The translations under genes and the position numbers were made by a program. Of a stretch of DNA of 64,000 nucleotides, positions 48,894 to 63,555 are shown in pieces. The stretch lies in assembly GCA_000320545.1 (NCBI GenBank), contig ADNK01002286.1, positions 1-64,000 of the forward strand, given 5' to 3'. The first letter of the stretch is position 1. Every line of letters starts with the position of its first letter. The notes under the pieces are model-generated. The model did not search any database. It was given only the letters and a program-made list of their open reading frames with translations, and was not told where the DNA came from. The DNA comes from Bigelowiella natans CCMP2755. Its lineage: Eukaryota; Protista; Cercozoa.

Positions 48894-49369
48894 CAATGCA
48901 CACGCATCTTGCGCACAATAAATACCAGCAGTAAACAAAAGCACATAGGTATATCTTCTGCTGCTACTGCCGCTGCTGTTGGTGATGATGTGTGTTACGT
49001 TCTTGCAGACTCCTCTACCTTCATACCCGAACTCCCCCAATTATGCATCGTGATCTCAAGTAAGGAGAAGAAGACACGCATCCTTTTCATCCCGCATAAT
49101 GCCCCATTTCGAATCCCCATCCTCCGCAATTTGAGATGTGACAGAGTGTGCATGTATGTGTGTATATATTATGTGTAATATGCATAATCCCTCCGATTAT
49201 GTATGTGCTGTTGATAGGCCAGAGAACATATTAATCAGCACTAAAGGCCATGCAATGCTGTGCGATTTCGGGATCTCCCGGGAGCAAAAGTGAGTACACA
49301 TGTTATATACATCTAAAGAAGTAAATGAATGGTGTGTGTGTGTGTGTGTGTGTGTGTGCATATACACAC

Positions 49370-49410
<41 letters not shown>

Positions 49411-50882
49411 TCTAAATTTAGAGCGACGCTTGTGATGACTGCATGTGGAACTCCATCATACATGCCTCCGGAGGTATTCCAGGACGATATTTACACGACG
49501 AAGGTACTACTACTACTTCTACTAGCTAGTAGTAGTAGTAGTTGGGTCACTTGGAATCCTCCGTTGTAGCAAGAGTTAATATCACCCTTTCACCATCAAC
49601 TGTAACCACCTACGGGCTAAATATATGTGTATATGTATATAATATGTATACTTACACGTTCTAACTTACATCCTTAGTAGAAGATATGTGTGCGCGGCAT
49701 GTGCGCGCGTGCGTGTGCGTGTGTTCGCATGGTTTCGGTACTGCTGCCCATATACTCATATACACCAGGCCGACGTCTTTTCCTTCGCAATGCTGCTCTA
49801 TGCAATGCTGGCAGGTCGGTTTTTACTGCGTCTTACATCGTAGAATATGTTCCCCGAAATCGTTATGCCACACCACTCTCTGTTTAGCTGATCGCCTTTG
49901 CCTACAACTCTTAACAGGCCATGGACCGTGGGGTGATGCTCACTACAAAAGCAAGAACAAATTCGTTATTATGAAGCTTGTCGCGGACGAAATGCGCCCT
50001 CCAAAACCGCCTCCGCCTCCCAGTACGTTACCTGCAAAGCTCGTGAGCAATATGAATGATGCACGAAGATGTGGTCTACCATTGCTGATGTGCGCGCCAT
50101 AAAGCCCAAAAAGCAATTTATCTGCCCTCATCATCGTACGTCGCTGATGCCTATAACTGCGTGGATGATGCGTCGCTTAGGGAACGATTCTAAAGTACAA
50201 CAACAAGCGCATAGGGAGCTCTTTGAGAGGCTATTCTCTTTAGTGGAGGCATGCTGGAAGGTGTTCAACCTAATTCTTCATCGTCGATAGTTTACATAAA
50301 CTGAATGACTACGTATATGCGTTTCAAAAGTCTCTATGCACCATCATTACTTGCATAAATCACTGACGGTAACGTGCCAAAATCCATGCTTAGCAAAACC
50401 CTGAAGACCGGCTGGATGTTGCGCGTATCATTGAAAGGCTGCAGGCACTCGAAGGTAAAAACTCCACTAATTCTCCGTCACGAACACGAAGAGCTGTCAA
50501 GACAGTGCAGATACGTACAAAAGGGCGCGTATTATGCGAAATGTATGATGTGGCAAACACTCGTACGCAACTATCTAGACCATATTAATGTTGTTAATTT
50601 TGCTAATTATTGAATGAAGGCTCATACGATTCGAAGATGACCCAACTTCGAGATATGGGATTTCCTCGCTTCCAATGCCAGGTCACTTCACCAAATTATC
50701 TGAAGTTTACGGAGCTGAAAGGCTTGAGTTTTTCCCACGTATTTCCATTGTGGTGTTATATTACTCCTGATTTTTTACAAAAAAAGGAGGCGTTGATTGC
50801 GAGCAAGGAAAACATTCACAGAGCTGCCGAGTCATTACTTCAGAGTGCAGCGAAGGCGACACCCACGTCTTCCTCGCCGTAG
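46105..50882 (+). CDS. WWE domain + TKL-type protein kinase + UBA domain (N-terminus extends upstream, start unresolved)
   Basis: WWE: WFWQNDIGVWNVYDE...LEEAW...YTVDFKDMEQINPMTKTRRRVKR. Kinase: IGQGAFGEV, VALK, HRDLKPEN, CDFGISR, GTPSYMPPE, ADVFSF, CW..PEDR. UBA: KMTQLRDMGF...EALIASKENIHRAAESLL. TAG 50880-50882. Confidence 0.9.
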
Positions 50883-51598
50883 CGTGAGGATGCAGCAATT
50901 ACTATGGTAAAGGGGCTATTTTTTAATGACTAAAAGGCAGACGAATAAAAAAAATTTCACCTCGATCTAGCTATGTCTAGATATCTAGATCTAGACAAAA
51001 TGATGACAACGACGTATGTGATAAATGCAGATTCCGATGTTGATATTACATAGCAGGAATGATGTTACAGCGCAATGTCATGCATGCGCCTCTCGATAGA
51101 CCCTAATAGGACTCACACACAAATAACATCGAACAGCGTAGACGATGTTCGATGCCGATGTACACCATTAAGGCAATGCAGCGGGAGCAAACTGTCTAGT
51201 AATAGGCTTTAACGCACATGTTGCAATGTGCACTTCTAGAAATCCACGTGGAAGCATGCTGGCGCGAAAACAAAAAAGGCTGTGATAGATTTTACACCCA
51301 TCCACATAGCAAGGGCATGCAAGCTAACAAGATGCGTTAGCTGCATGACACAGCTCATAATTGATTTGTGTTGCATCTAGTCCTAGAGAAATTTCGCTAT
51401 GCACTACTACACTAGTGCAGTAACTATGTGAATGTGTATGTTTATGAAGTTCGTGAATATAATAAAATTTTATTACTTTGAGGCGTTTGATACAGTCTTA
51501 ATGGCCATTGCACCAAACAATCGTCAGGCAATCTCATCTAAACAGCACAGGTGAGCTGATTCAAAAAAATAGAATTTACAATACTTGGTCTACGGCGA

Positions 51599-52882
51599 CT
51601 ATTGCCGTTGTTCCTGCACTTCTTCGGAGATGTGTTTGAGGCGTAGCTCCCCGCTCCTCCCTGTGTTTGCTTCATACCAGCCTTTGAGACTGAGCTCATC
51701 ATTTTCCCTTGCGTCCAATTGGAGTTCCGCCCTACATTCTGCATAGAGAGTGAAATCTTCCTGAGAGAAAAGGTATCGAACAGGTTGTGGGCGCGATCGT
51801 TCCCCCCATGCCAGTCGCCCATTTGCCAAGTTGCATACTCCACCTTCGACCTACAAGAATAAGGACGAACAACCCCACAATATTAGTCGTTGAGCACATT
51901 TTTAATGTGTATCTAGGTGCTTGTATTTATTGTTTTACCGTGAATACGCCTTCTGCATCCTGCCCCTTTCCTTCAAAATGGCATAGCAATTCCTTCTTCC
52001 CTCCTTCGTCGCCGCCTACCTCCACATGGCCAAATCGCAAGTCGTATCGCATACCCCCCTTGCTCAGGTAAAAGAAACGTTTCCCTGGTAGATCAGAGTA
52101 AGAGCCCTTGAGAGATATATTTTTGGAGGGGAGGAGCTGTTGAAGAGTGGCGATGTTGCTGAAGGACGAAGAGACGTGTGGCTGCGCACTTGTGCCCGAT
52201 GACCCCTGAACGAAGTCTAGTCTGTCTTCTGCCGCCGATGTGCGGTTGTCTTTCCATTCATCGACCTTTGTTGGATAGAATAATATTGAAGATTTACATA
52301 TACGTAACAATTTACTATAGTTTTCTTCATGCTATATCTTCCTCCTTCCGCGTCATAATCATCATCAACAATGCCTTATTCTTCTCCGTACCCTTGTGCT
52401 CAATTCCCAAACGCGATAGATGTCACTAGCAAGAAGATACACTCCAGTTGTTGTCACCACTGCGTATAGCCCCCATACAGATCGAGGAGCCCAACGCATG
52501 AACGAAGAGGGGGAGGAGGAAGAGGAGGAGACTGGAGGGCTGCTGACTCCAAGACCTGAAATTTGGATCGAACATCAGCTTCAAATATCTGATAAAAGTA
52601 ATGCATTAATATTGTGCAAGGCCGACCTTGTGCTTCGGAAGAGAATTTATTTCTCGATTGTCGTTGTGCAGGGTTGCATAATCTGTCACACCGCATAAAA
52701 TCGGGTGATCGAAGTCAAAGATTATTTGCGATACAACTCGTGGGCACACATGCAAAGCATAAGTTGGACGAAGGGAATCTGTACCGTCTTACGAAGTTGC
52801 GCCTCATTGTCGTTGTACATAATCGTAAAACATTTGAGTTTCGGAGAGAAGATATTTTCTTGAGAGCAGAAGGAAGTGACAT
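51599..52882 (-). CDS. Hypothetical multi-exon protein with a mitochondrial-presequence-like N-terminus
   Basis: First exon MSLPSALKKISSLRNSNVLRLCTTTMRRNFVRR is R/K/S-rich and acid-free. Coding-like exons at ~52270-51940 (FEGKGQDAEGVFT) and ~51850-51599 (GRLAWGE...LKGWYEANTGRSG). Middle exons unresolved. Confidence 0.6.
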
Positions 52883-53820
52883 TGTGCGTGTTCTTCCTAC
52901 GAAAATGTTTTGTGGTAAATGTTATTTACAATGCCTGCAAAGTTCATTCTCGAAATGTTTCGAATACATTTCACAGAAAAATCCCCTCCTTCGAATCCAC
53001 GGCGAATAATTTTGTGTTATCATCCCCGGTTGGGAATCACAGAATATCAGCTTTCGAGGCTTATCACCCGATTACGGATAATTTTCAAAAACCATTTCCT
53101 TTCTACCTAACCCCGTTCAACAAAGATACGCACGAGGATAATTAACTCGTAAAGCTAGCAAAGCTCGCACCGTTTCTGTCTTCAGTAGGGAAGCTGATTA
53201 TTGCAAGCTCGCTTAAAACACCTTTTCGTCGGAGGTAGGTAGATGGAACCTTCGTAGTCCTTTCAGATTTTAAAAAAAGTGATTTATTTAAATAATAGCA
53301 TAGAATATCATCTATTAATATTAAACGACAACATAGAGTATTTGTCGCAATCCTTTCTTAAGGGGCACAAATACAAAATAAAATCGCTCGTAGGACCGCA
53401 TGCTGTAAATTATACTCGAAGGTAAACAGAACAATATCCAAGGAAAACTAAAACTTTTCAGTTTAGATTTTTAATATTTAAACTACTGTTCTTTCACAAG
53501 TGGCGAACACATATTTTTTATATGCAAGAAACTTCCTACAATAAATTTCCAAAAAAGGACTGTTGGCAGCCGTTGTACTTCTTTTGGAAAAGGAGCTTCC
53601 GAACAAGGAGTAGTTTTCGGAGAGAAAGAGGAGTGCCCCTTCTTCTCATACTCCCAGATTCAAATGCGTTTTTATGAGAAAAGAACAAAAAGTCATGTCG
53701 CTTTTCCGAATTCGCTCGATTGGAAGTATACCCCATGAAAAGAACAAAAACCGGGAATTAAACCGGGAATTTCTATAATAGTGGTGATATCATGCGAAAC
53801 AAAGTGCAGTGTTCTTGAAA

Positions 53821-54640
53821 ATGATCCAAACGGCATATCACCCTATCAATATCGTAAGATTCTTGCCTAGTGAGTGGGAACAAGGCAACAACTGTTCAGC
53901 ACAGAAAAAAGGATGCCCATCTCATGCCCTCCCCTTGATACGAGATCCTGATCTGCTGCTTCTACGATTGATTCTCATGCTAAAGATACTCGTCGACCAC
54001 TCAGCTGCCGCCTTAATTTTCCCTAAATTCGTATCGGAATTGCCATTCTGGAGAACTGCTGCACATCCCCAACCCCCATCCCCCCCCGATGCCCAGGAAC
54101 ATGTACTGGTTCTCTGAGTGATGTTGCTGCTCTATTTGTTTTTTATCGTGCGCATAGGGTTGCGGAAGGATAAGGCTTTACTATTAGAGTCCATTGTTTC
54201 TGAGGAGGATGAGGAGAATATAGATCAGCGGATAGATGGTGCGTTCTGATCTTACACATTTCTGGAATGGCTATTCGATGCATTCGATCGCCTACATGCG
54301 CGCGCGGTGAATATTGACATTTGAAATATGATGTGGAATTGTAAATCAAGTCCCTGTTCGTTGTTATAATTACAGAAGGAACGTCGTCCGATTCCATATT
54401 GTCGCAGCAGTTTTATGGGGCATGCTCTTTCAATCCAGCGAGGAGGTGATGGTGATGAGTATTGGGTTGTCAACTGTATTACGCACACACCTAACGAAGA
54501 AGAGGAAATCATGGCCTGATTTCATCATCATAAACTTAAAAAGTACGAAAGAACGGGTTGCTTTCCAGGGAGATCTGATGGATATGCACCATGAACTCGT
54601 ATATGGAAGGAAGGTTGTGCGAAGTGAAAATCCAGTATTA

Positions 54641-54682
<42 letters not shown>

Positions 54683-54703
54683 TACGAGACGTAGTGAATC
54701 CAG

Positions 54704-54751
<48 letters not shown>

Positions 54752-55402
54752 GAAAACGAGAGTGATTCAGAGAATGGGAGAGAGAGAGAGAGAGAGAGTA
54801 AGAGAGAGTTTTGATTGTTTCTTCGTAATAAAAATATATTTGTCACACATAATAGACGATGACAATAGCAGGAACCTCGGATTTCAATGGAGGGTATTAT
54901 TCTGCCCCCTCTCTATTTACATTCCGTCCTGTTTGTATGATGGTTCTGCATGCTATCATCCTGTGTTTCTTGCAGTGGACATGTAGCTTCCAACAAATAC
55001 CCACCCTTCTTACCAAAATACGTATCGATGATAATAGTGATGACATTGTTCTTGGGCTTTACCTTGGCATAGCACAGCACTCGCACACGAATAAACACAC
55101 ATACAACACACAGCACTGCTTACATTATACTACATTGCTGCTACCACAACAGATACTTGGATGGATCTGGGCAATGTGCAGAGTTTAATAGACCATCGGT
55201 TATATACACGCCAAAAACATTCTCATCATTTAAGTGTTGATTGCTGTTCGACTGAATCTTGCGCTCTCCTTCACTTAAGAATGGTTTCATTCTCCGAAAC
55301 ACACCGTAGGGAATGACTTTCGATGAAAGCGGCACCTTGTACATAGCTGACTCGATGAACCACTGGTATAATCCTAGTTGCCATGTATATGGGCTTGTAT
55401 GC

Positions 55403-55444
<42 letters not shown>

Positions 55445-55806
55445 TGCTACCACCCCACAGCGCGGGGGCCTCATTTACTCTGATTTATCTTGGAATGATT
55501 GCAGTGTGAGGCGAATTTCTCCAGATTTAGGTTGTAAAGAGGGGTTAGGAGAGGGGCAGGGTGGAGGAGGAGAGATGCCGCGACGACGGAGTCATTGAAA
55601 CATTATGCGTTATTCTCCTCCTGTAAGCACATATACATCGTCCCGCCAACCATTTAGCATGGGTTACGACTCTCGCAGGGAATGGAGAGCCTGGATATCG
55701 GTGAGGAGCCTTCCTTCAGATATCAAAGAAAAAGAACAACAACGCGAGAACTTACTATCGTACATGACACTATTACATCCTTTTCCGTGTAATCATGTTG
55801 AGTTTG

Positions 55807-55841
<35 letters not shown>

Positions 55842-56511
55842 TGTATTCTTCCTACGGGTTCTTTCCATCCGCAGCGACGGAGCAGGCAGCAGTGCCCTAT
55901 TCAACCAAACAAAAGACGTCGCGATTACACCGGGAGGTGGGAGTCATGTAAAGGATATATACGAGACAAGCGCAGACACACACAAACACACCGCAAACTT
56001 GAACGACTTGTGTTTGTTGTCGCAATGATCCACTTCAATTCACAGGGGATTTGATAGTTTCCGACCTGGGCAATCACGTGATCCGCTGCATTAACACAAC
56101 GACGAATGTAATGATATAACTGTAGTTTCATTAAAGGAGGCGCGACTCTTATGTGGCGGACAGTGCTTTGATTTTAGGCAAAAATGGGGTTTTTGATGTC
56201 AACCGATTGTAATGCTTTCAGGTTGTCACGACGCTCGCAGGTGTCGCGGGAAAGGCCGATTACAGGTTTATACAAGAATCAATTAATGTGTTTCTTTGAA
56301 CATGAGAGAATATCTTCTTATCGTGTTATATTCTCTCTCCCCCCCCCCCCCTCCGCTGCTCCTTCTCAATCATGCTCGCTGCGACAATCTAAGCATATTT
56401 TCTGTATCAATACCCAAAGGGATGGCCCTGGAGAGAGCGCGATGTTCGATACTCCGAGGGTGGGTTCTTCTGCTTTTAATTTTTGTGCCCAGCATCACCG
56501 CCGGGCATTCA

Positions 56512-56550
<39 letters not shown>

Positions 56551-57062
56551 ACATTGATTCGTTGAATTGTAAGATAGTATCTTCGATGCGTGTGTGTGTG
56601 TGTGTGTGCGTGTGTGTGCGTGTGTGTGTGTGTGTGTGTGTGATCATAGGGAGTGGCAGTGACAAAAAGAGACTCTCACATATATGTCTCTGATGCGGGG
56701 AACTTTCGCATACGACGAATATCTCCAAACGGGGAGGTTATGAAAATCAAATTATCACTAATGTGCAGTCAATACTACTACTACTACTACTACTACTACT
56801 TACTACTACTATTACAATGGATATGAGGATGCTCGTATATTGCATCTCATCTTGCCTATTTCACCCTAGAATTCCGTGTTGGTGCTGCACGTGCTCGATT
56901 TGCAGTCATTCGTTTGTTTTGATTCTCGGCGTTGGCTGTATGCTTGTCGTGGTGTTGCTTTAACAGGTGGAGACCGTTGCAGGAAAGGGAGAGGTACTGT
57001 CACACACACACACACACACACACACACAAATATGTACGAATAGAAATCGGAAATCAATACAG

Positions 57063-57103
<41 letters not shown>

Positions 57104-57390
57104 TTATATGCATATGTGTCTGTGTCTGTGTGTGTGTGCGCGCCCGCGCGCTCATCAGGTTCCCCCCACGTTCGAAAACGATGGTCCTGGGCTTTACGCT
57201 GCCTTTCAAGACCCCACGTATTTAGCTGTGGATTCCAAAGATCGGATGTAGATTAAGCGACAGCTGCCATAACGATGCCAATGAGAATAACAATAATAAT
57301 TGTAATAATAATGATAATAAGGGAAGGGGCGAGAGAGCTCTCTGTGTGCTGTTAGCAAAAGTGAATGTCTCTTTTATCTTGTGTGTATGC

Positions 57391-57421
<31 letters not shown>

Positions 57422-58032
57422 TGTGTGTGTTTGTTTAATCTTAGATACGTTACTGACTATGGCATTGGTTTGGTACGGCGCATAACTCCGGGAGGCCAGG
57501 TCGGAAGAATATTGAAATATCTTCTGCTAAATAATACATGAATTACATAGTGCCGCTCCCCTCCGCCCACACTCTTTAGGTAAATACGTATGCTGGCAAA
57601 CGTATCTGGGTCAGGGGAGATCAGTTAAGTCCAACATTTAGGCACTTCTTCTTCTTAGTCGTCGTCATCCTTGGGCGTGTCTATTCTCATCGTCATCGTT
57701 GTTTCCTTATTTTTCTTCTTATTATTTGCTATTTATTATTTATTGTTCTCAACGCCGCCATTGATCCTGTCATTTGTTAGGGATAAGCCCATACACTACA
57801 TGGATCGAAAGGTGCTCGAGCATCAGTACTGGGGTGAGCGATGCGACTCGATTCTGTTGATGATGACGTTCATGATGATGATGATGATATAGATGTCGAT
57901 GATTATGATGATGATGATGTTTTATGTATGTGTGTGTATGTGTGTGTATGTGCTGCCTGGGCTAGATGATGTGCCCTCTGTCGATCTCTTCAGTCTTATC
58001 TTCCTCACATCTCTTTCTCTCTATCCCCCTCC

Positions 58033-58084
<52 letters not shown>

Positions 58085-58451
58085 TTCTCCACCCCCCGCC
58101 CTCTTAGTTCCTATGGATAGATGGAAGAAAGAAGGGTATTACTACATAGCAGAGAAGAACGTCTCGAGAGGATATCTATATCATAGTTTTATAAAAACAC
58201 AACACGCATAATAGTAATAATGCCCACATGTACATGTATTTGTTTCTCAGATTCAAAGAAGATTATGGGCTCTTTGACGGCAACCCCCTTGCCTTTGCAT
58301 ACGGGATATGCTTCGATAAAAACGATACGCTGTAATTGCTACCACCTCACGCTCAGACTTCTAAAAATATTAAGAGAATAAGAGTAGGAAATCGTCGTCA
58401 GTCTCTGTTGCAAGTATGCCTGTACATGCACGTGCACACACACAAACACAG

Positions 58452-58500
<49 letters not shown>

Positions 58501-59125
58501 AGATTACACAAATGAACGTCCGTTTTTAAAAAAGGTATATTGTTGATGACGAGATGGCGACGATTCAAGTGATGCACAAGAAAACAAGGGTTGTGGAACC
58601 CTACGCAGGAACAGTATGGCCTTACGGAGACACAAGGGTAATAGTAGTTCAATCCAATCGCCATAATCTTAGAAGAAATTGTTCCTATCATAATCTGTAG
58701 TTCTAGGGTTGTATATCTTCACACACACGCGCGCGCGCAGAGGGAGAGAGAGAGAGATAGAGAGCATGAGGGGCAAGAAGGGAACCTACACAATACAACA
58801 TACTGCACATAATCATCAAGAAAATACTGATTTAGACGATATTTTGAGCATTTTTTCCCTATTTGTCGTGGCGATCCAAAATACCTGACTGATCACTTCT
58901 ACCCCACGTAGCTGCTATCACTTGATATTATTCATTCATTATTTCTTATGGCACTGAGCTACTGCGTGCTATCAATTGACAGTCAGTATTTATATATTTA
59001 TTTATTTTTGATTTATCATAGGATGGACCTGCTCGCAGTGCTACCTTTCAAAGCCCAGGTATCATCGATTTGGTACAGTATGTAGATGAAAGAGGGAAGA
59101 ACGCCGACCGTAAATGGGAGAGGAA

Positions 59126-59156
<31 letters not shown>

Positions 59157-59491
59157 AAGAAGAAAAGTAGAGCATCTATGCAGACAACGGATTAATGAAT
59201 TAGCACTGCGGATCTTAGCAGCATTTCGATTTGGAAGCCGAGAGAACACGTTAGACAGGGAGAGGGCCATATTGCTGTTTCTCACGCTGTACTCGGAGGA
59301 AGAATACCACTCGCCCTTGCAGTATTCCACGCTCTCGATGACATTGTTCGACTCGCGTCCATAAACACAAACACACTGTATACCATATCTTGGTAGGAGC
59401 TATATGCGCACACCCATTGGCTCCATTCGAGCTGTACGTCTCAGACTTCGAGAGCAACACAATACGGAAGGTGGACGGCGAAATAGCGTAA
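53821..59491 (+). CDS. NHL-repeat beta-propeller protein (many micro-exons; start uncertain)
   Basis: Repeated motifs GMTFDESGTLYIADSMNH, VTTLAGNG, DGAGSSALFNQ, LIVSDLGNHVIR, DGPGESAMFDTP, IYVSDAGNFRIRRI, DGPARSATFQSP, LYVSDFESNTIRKVDGEIA* (TAA 59489-59491). Confidence 0.88.
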
Positions 59492-59579
59492 ATATGCGTA
59501 TGCTCATGTCTTAAGCGGGGGTGATAGCATGAGCATGGTAGCGGTGTGAGCTCCTTGACCTCCCTCTGCTGCTACTCCT

Positions 59580-60505
59580 CTACCTGCCTAGATCTATCAG
59601 GGAACCGTTCCGGAGTCGGATCGGGGGATGGAGGCTCACAACTTGCTGTATCTCTCCGAGGAGCTTGATGAAGCGAGAGGCGACGATGTAGGCCCCATTC
59701 CCAAAATGCCATTTCGGAGCGCTAGTTGTAGTGGATCGGTGTAGTTTTGCGCACAATATAGTGACTTTTGGTTTGGGCTTTGCAGCCAAGATTCAAGGAT
59801 GGGAAGAAGGTTGTAGAGACGGTGATGTCTGGTAAATTGCCACCGCCAATGCGGGAACGGTTGCACGAAGAAGAGGTCGTGTATTCACACTTAACACACG
59901 CGCGCATGCGCGCGCGGTGATTCTTTTATCTGGTCAGATTGGGCAATAATGTTGCGTGTACTACTTTATCTTAACTATATCAGAAATGGGTGCGGCTACA
60001 GCTACGCAAGACCGCGAAAAAGTTCGTAAGCCTCCATGCGAGCGCACACCATGCAAAACGGGCATACATACACATTTCGATAAGAATGAAATGGCACAAA
60101 ATACAGAAAGCATTGGTAGGTTTGAGTTCTGTGATTATTAATGCCTTCGTCTTTTTAATGTTCTTGGCGGCATCTGACGTTGCAGCTGGATCGATAGCCA
60201 GGTAGCGATATATCAGTACAATCAACTACATTGTGGGGTGTGGGAATCACCACCCAAATTATATCATTGTTTGCCTGGCTTGTAGGAGAAACGCTGGGAG
60301 GAAATGGAGGACTTTGAACGGAGAGTTAAGATCAGACAGATACAGGAGGTTGGTTTGTTTTCTGCTTCTGAGATGTGATGATCATGGCTCTTATTACTCC
60401 TTCAAGGAACAGTGTCGGATCAATATAAATGTCCATCTATGAGTGCTTATCAAATAGAAAATATTTAAATAAGAGAATAAATGACTAAGAAATATAAAAT
60501 ATAAA

Positions 60506-60549
<44 letters not shown>

Positions 60550-60940
60550 TCAAATTCTCAACGTATGGCATTCGTACGATACTGTGTAGCTTAATTTCCC
60601 TGTAGTCACGAATGAGATATTAGTCTTTTGCGGTATGTTTCTCTCATGGAAGGCGGTGGCGGTGTGCTACGGAAACATCGCTTATTCGTTGCCTTATTCA
60701 TCTTGCGAGTGTGTTTGAAAGCATCATCACTCTTCCCTTTGATGCAGTTGTAACTCCGATTGTCTCCTGCAATTCTTTGCCAGGCGGAAGGCACAGAAGA
60801 GATGGATAGCGATGGACATCGTGTTTTGAATTACTACTCACCAGCATATCGTAGAAGGGTACCAAGCCTTTCGTTGTGTATTCATTTTGCGTCCAGACTG
60901 GCGATAGGGACTTGTGATGATCTTGTTGTTCTTGCAACAT
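59580..60940 (-). CDS. Possible hypothetical multi-exon gene or gene remnant
   Basis: Coding-like segments flank a (TA)n-containing intron-like stretch (MDIYIDPTLFLEG; YLAIDPAATSDAAKNIKKTKALII; NGAYIVASRFIKLLGEIQQ). I could not assemble a full frame. Confidence 0.3.
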
Positions 60941-63164
60941 ACAAAGGTGAAGAAAGCCGGCGGTCAGCTAGGCATGGATCCGAGTGCGTGGGGGACAGGG
61001 AATGGTGGCTTGGTCGATGATGATGAGGGGGTCGGTCACATGTAGCAAACCGAGGGCCATCCAGCCGTAAATGCTATGCGTTAGTTAGCCGCCAAGAGCT
61101 AATTGTAATGTGAATGCAAGCAGTGGACATGCGTATCGTAGTCAACCACCAATCTGTGATCTGCGTGACTTCTTTGAAGTCGCGCGTAGAGACCAAAGGA
61201 AACATATACGCAGTCTGTTGGATGCGATGGAGATGCCCGCACATTTCCATCGCCAGCTTGCCAGACGTCCGCCTAAGTGCATGGACTCTGCTCCTTGTGC
61301 ATGGCTCTGCTGATTAAAATTACGCGTATCGATCCGGAGTCATTCATCACGAAGTTGCTAATGCAACTGTCGCAAAGTTGTTGCATGCAATTGAATGACC
61401 ACTACTACCAGACTAGAGTGCGGGTAGCTAGACACGTACTAGCGTACGTCGCATGTCGATGTGTAACACAACGCACTGCTAGACCGTTTGATGCCCATCC
61501 CAGTGCATTGTTTGAGATGCGATGCACAGCCACCTTGCATGATGACGTGCGTGACAGATCGAGTCCACTAGCTGCAAACTGCTCGAATCGACCACCTAAT
61601 TATAGACGTGTTAGCGTGTCTATTATCCTACTAGCCTGCATCATCATGGACACAGTAACATGCAGCATGTGCACTACACATGCGCATTGTGTTGCATGTC
61701 TATCTATCTATGCTAGCTGTCATCAGTATCCCTGATTGTGGACACATGCAGCAATGGCATGCATGCTACATGTTATAATGTGCATGGTGTCGTCACATGT
61801 CCATTGTCATCACTGTCGCATGCACGTCAGCTAGCTAGCTAGCTAGCACGGTTGGTCATTCTAGCATTGTTGTTGATGATCATGATCACATTATCGAACT
61901 AGTGCATGACTTGAATTGTGTCGCAAAATGTGCAGCGCGCGCACAGAACTAATGAGAAGCAAGCTAGCAAGCTAAGGTGTACTTCATTGTGAAAGCAATG
62001 CTGGAACACAACAAAGACAAGACGAAATGCGCGCACAAACCCATCTAGCCATGCATGCTAGCGCATGCAAGCTAGCAAGCATCGAACGTGATCGAGACGA
62101 TGCGATAATCGAAGTGATCAAATTGCTACTCTAGTCTATTGTCTCTAGTACTGCTAGCTAGCTAGTAGCACTACTGTGATGAATGACGCTGGCGTTGCAT
62201 TTGCACCTTTATGGCGTATGTACGTACGATGCGCCGGCGGAAGACTGACTGCAGAAGTTAGTATATTACACATACTAAACCCAACGACATGGGATCATTG
62301 CAGTTATGCTGTGACTAAGCTAGTAAGGCTACGTCAGAACATGCTAGGTCGACGGGATTTATCGACAACAATAACAACACCCTTGCAGAGTTGTGGTAAA
62401 TGTGGAGTGGACAGGAAGAATAATAGAAACGAGGACGAGGAGGAGGAGGAGGAGGAGGAAAGAGAGGGGAGAGAGAGATGGCAGGGAGCAAGGGAGGATA
62501 TATCTACTCGGGCATGATGACGAATCGGGAGATGCACGTATTCATGGACTGACATGACCACGCCGAGGGGTGGGGAAGAGAGGGGAATGATGATGATGAC
62601 GATTATGGTGATGATAGGAGGAATAATGGGGATGGGGAGGGAGCGAGATGGCAGAGAGTAGTTGGGGGGAAAGCCAGACAAAGGGACCGGGCAGTAGAAG
62701 TAGTAGTGTGACATAAAAGCAGCAGCAGCAGTAGCACATCGGATAGATATGGCGGGGGGCGGAGTGCATTTAACAGCAGAAACAGCAGCATATGATCGTA
62801 GCAGTACAGATTTGGAGGAGGAGGAGTAGTAGTAAGGGTGGGTGCAGAAGTAGGGTAGTAGGGTAGCAGGAGGAGGAGGAGCAACTACTACTACTAGTTG
62901 TAGTGGATGATGCCAGGGGACGTTACAACACGAGGGGGGGGTAAAGCAAGGAGGAGGGAGGGATGGGCAGGGACAGGGGCAAGGGCAGGGGCGGGGACAG
63001 GGGCGGGGGCGGGGGCGGGTAGGAGTATATAGGGTCGGGATGGGGGTGGGAGAGGGAAAATCTGGAGATGGTGTAGAAGATACTACTTCCAAATATTATC
63101 GTCCCACGTGGTGGCGATCTTGATTAAAATTCACAACGATGCTATTAATGATGTAGCAGCCTAA

Positions 63165-63518
63165 TTAATAGTATCCTTGGTATTGAGTGCCATATCTGAA
63201 CCACACAACAACAACAACAACAACAACAACATAGAATGGCATGGATTTTAGAACAAGCAATTATATTTTTACTAATGATCAAGATAGAGTGATGTTATTA
63301 TTTTATGTAAACGGAAATAGCTTCTTCAAGTGTTTGTCGCACGCCTTCTTTGTCTTCTACATCTATCAGCGATGTTTGATTCAGTACTACCCATACAAAG
63401 CCGCAGCCTGTGCAGCGAGGTCAGCAGCTCCTGGCGCCCCTAGGAAACGAGAGGACGAATACAGTAGTTGTTATTAATATAAATGCAGTCTTGAAATTGT
63501 CTGTGGAGGCTGAGAGAG

Positions 63519-63555
<37 letters not shown>

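Noticed and set aside
62334-63092. 252-aa Pro-rich minus-strand ORF
   Set aside because: Low-complexity purine-rich simple repeats downstream of a plausible stop at 63165, with no ATG-supported domain. It is probably 3' UTR or intergenic.
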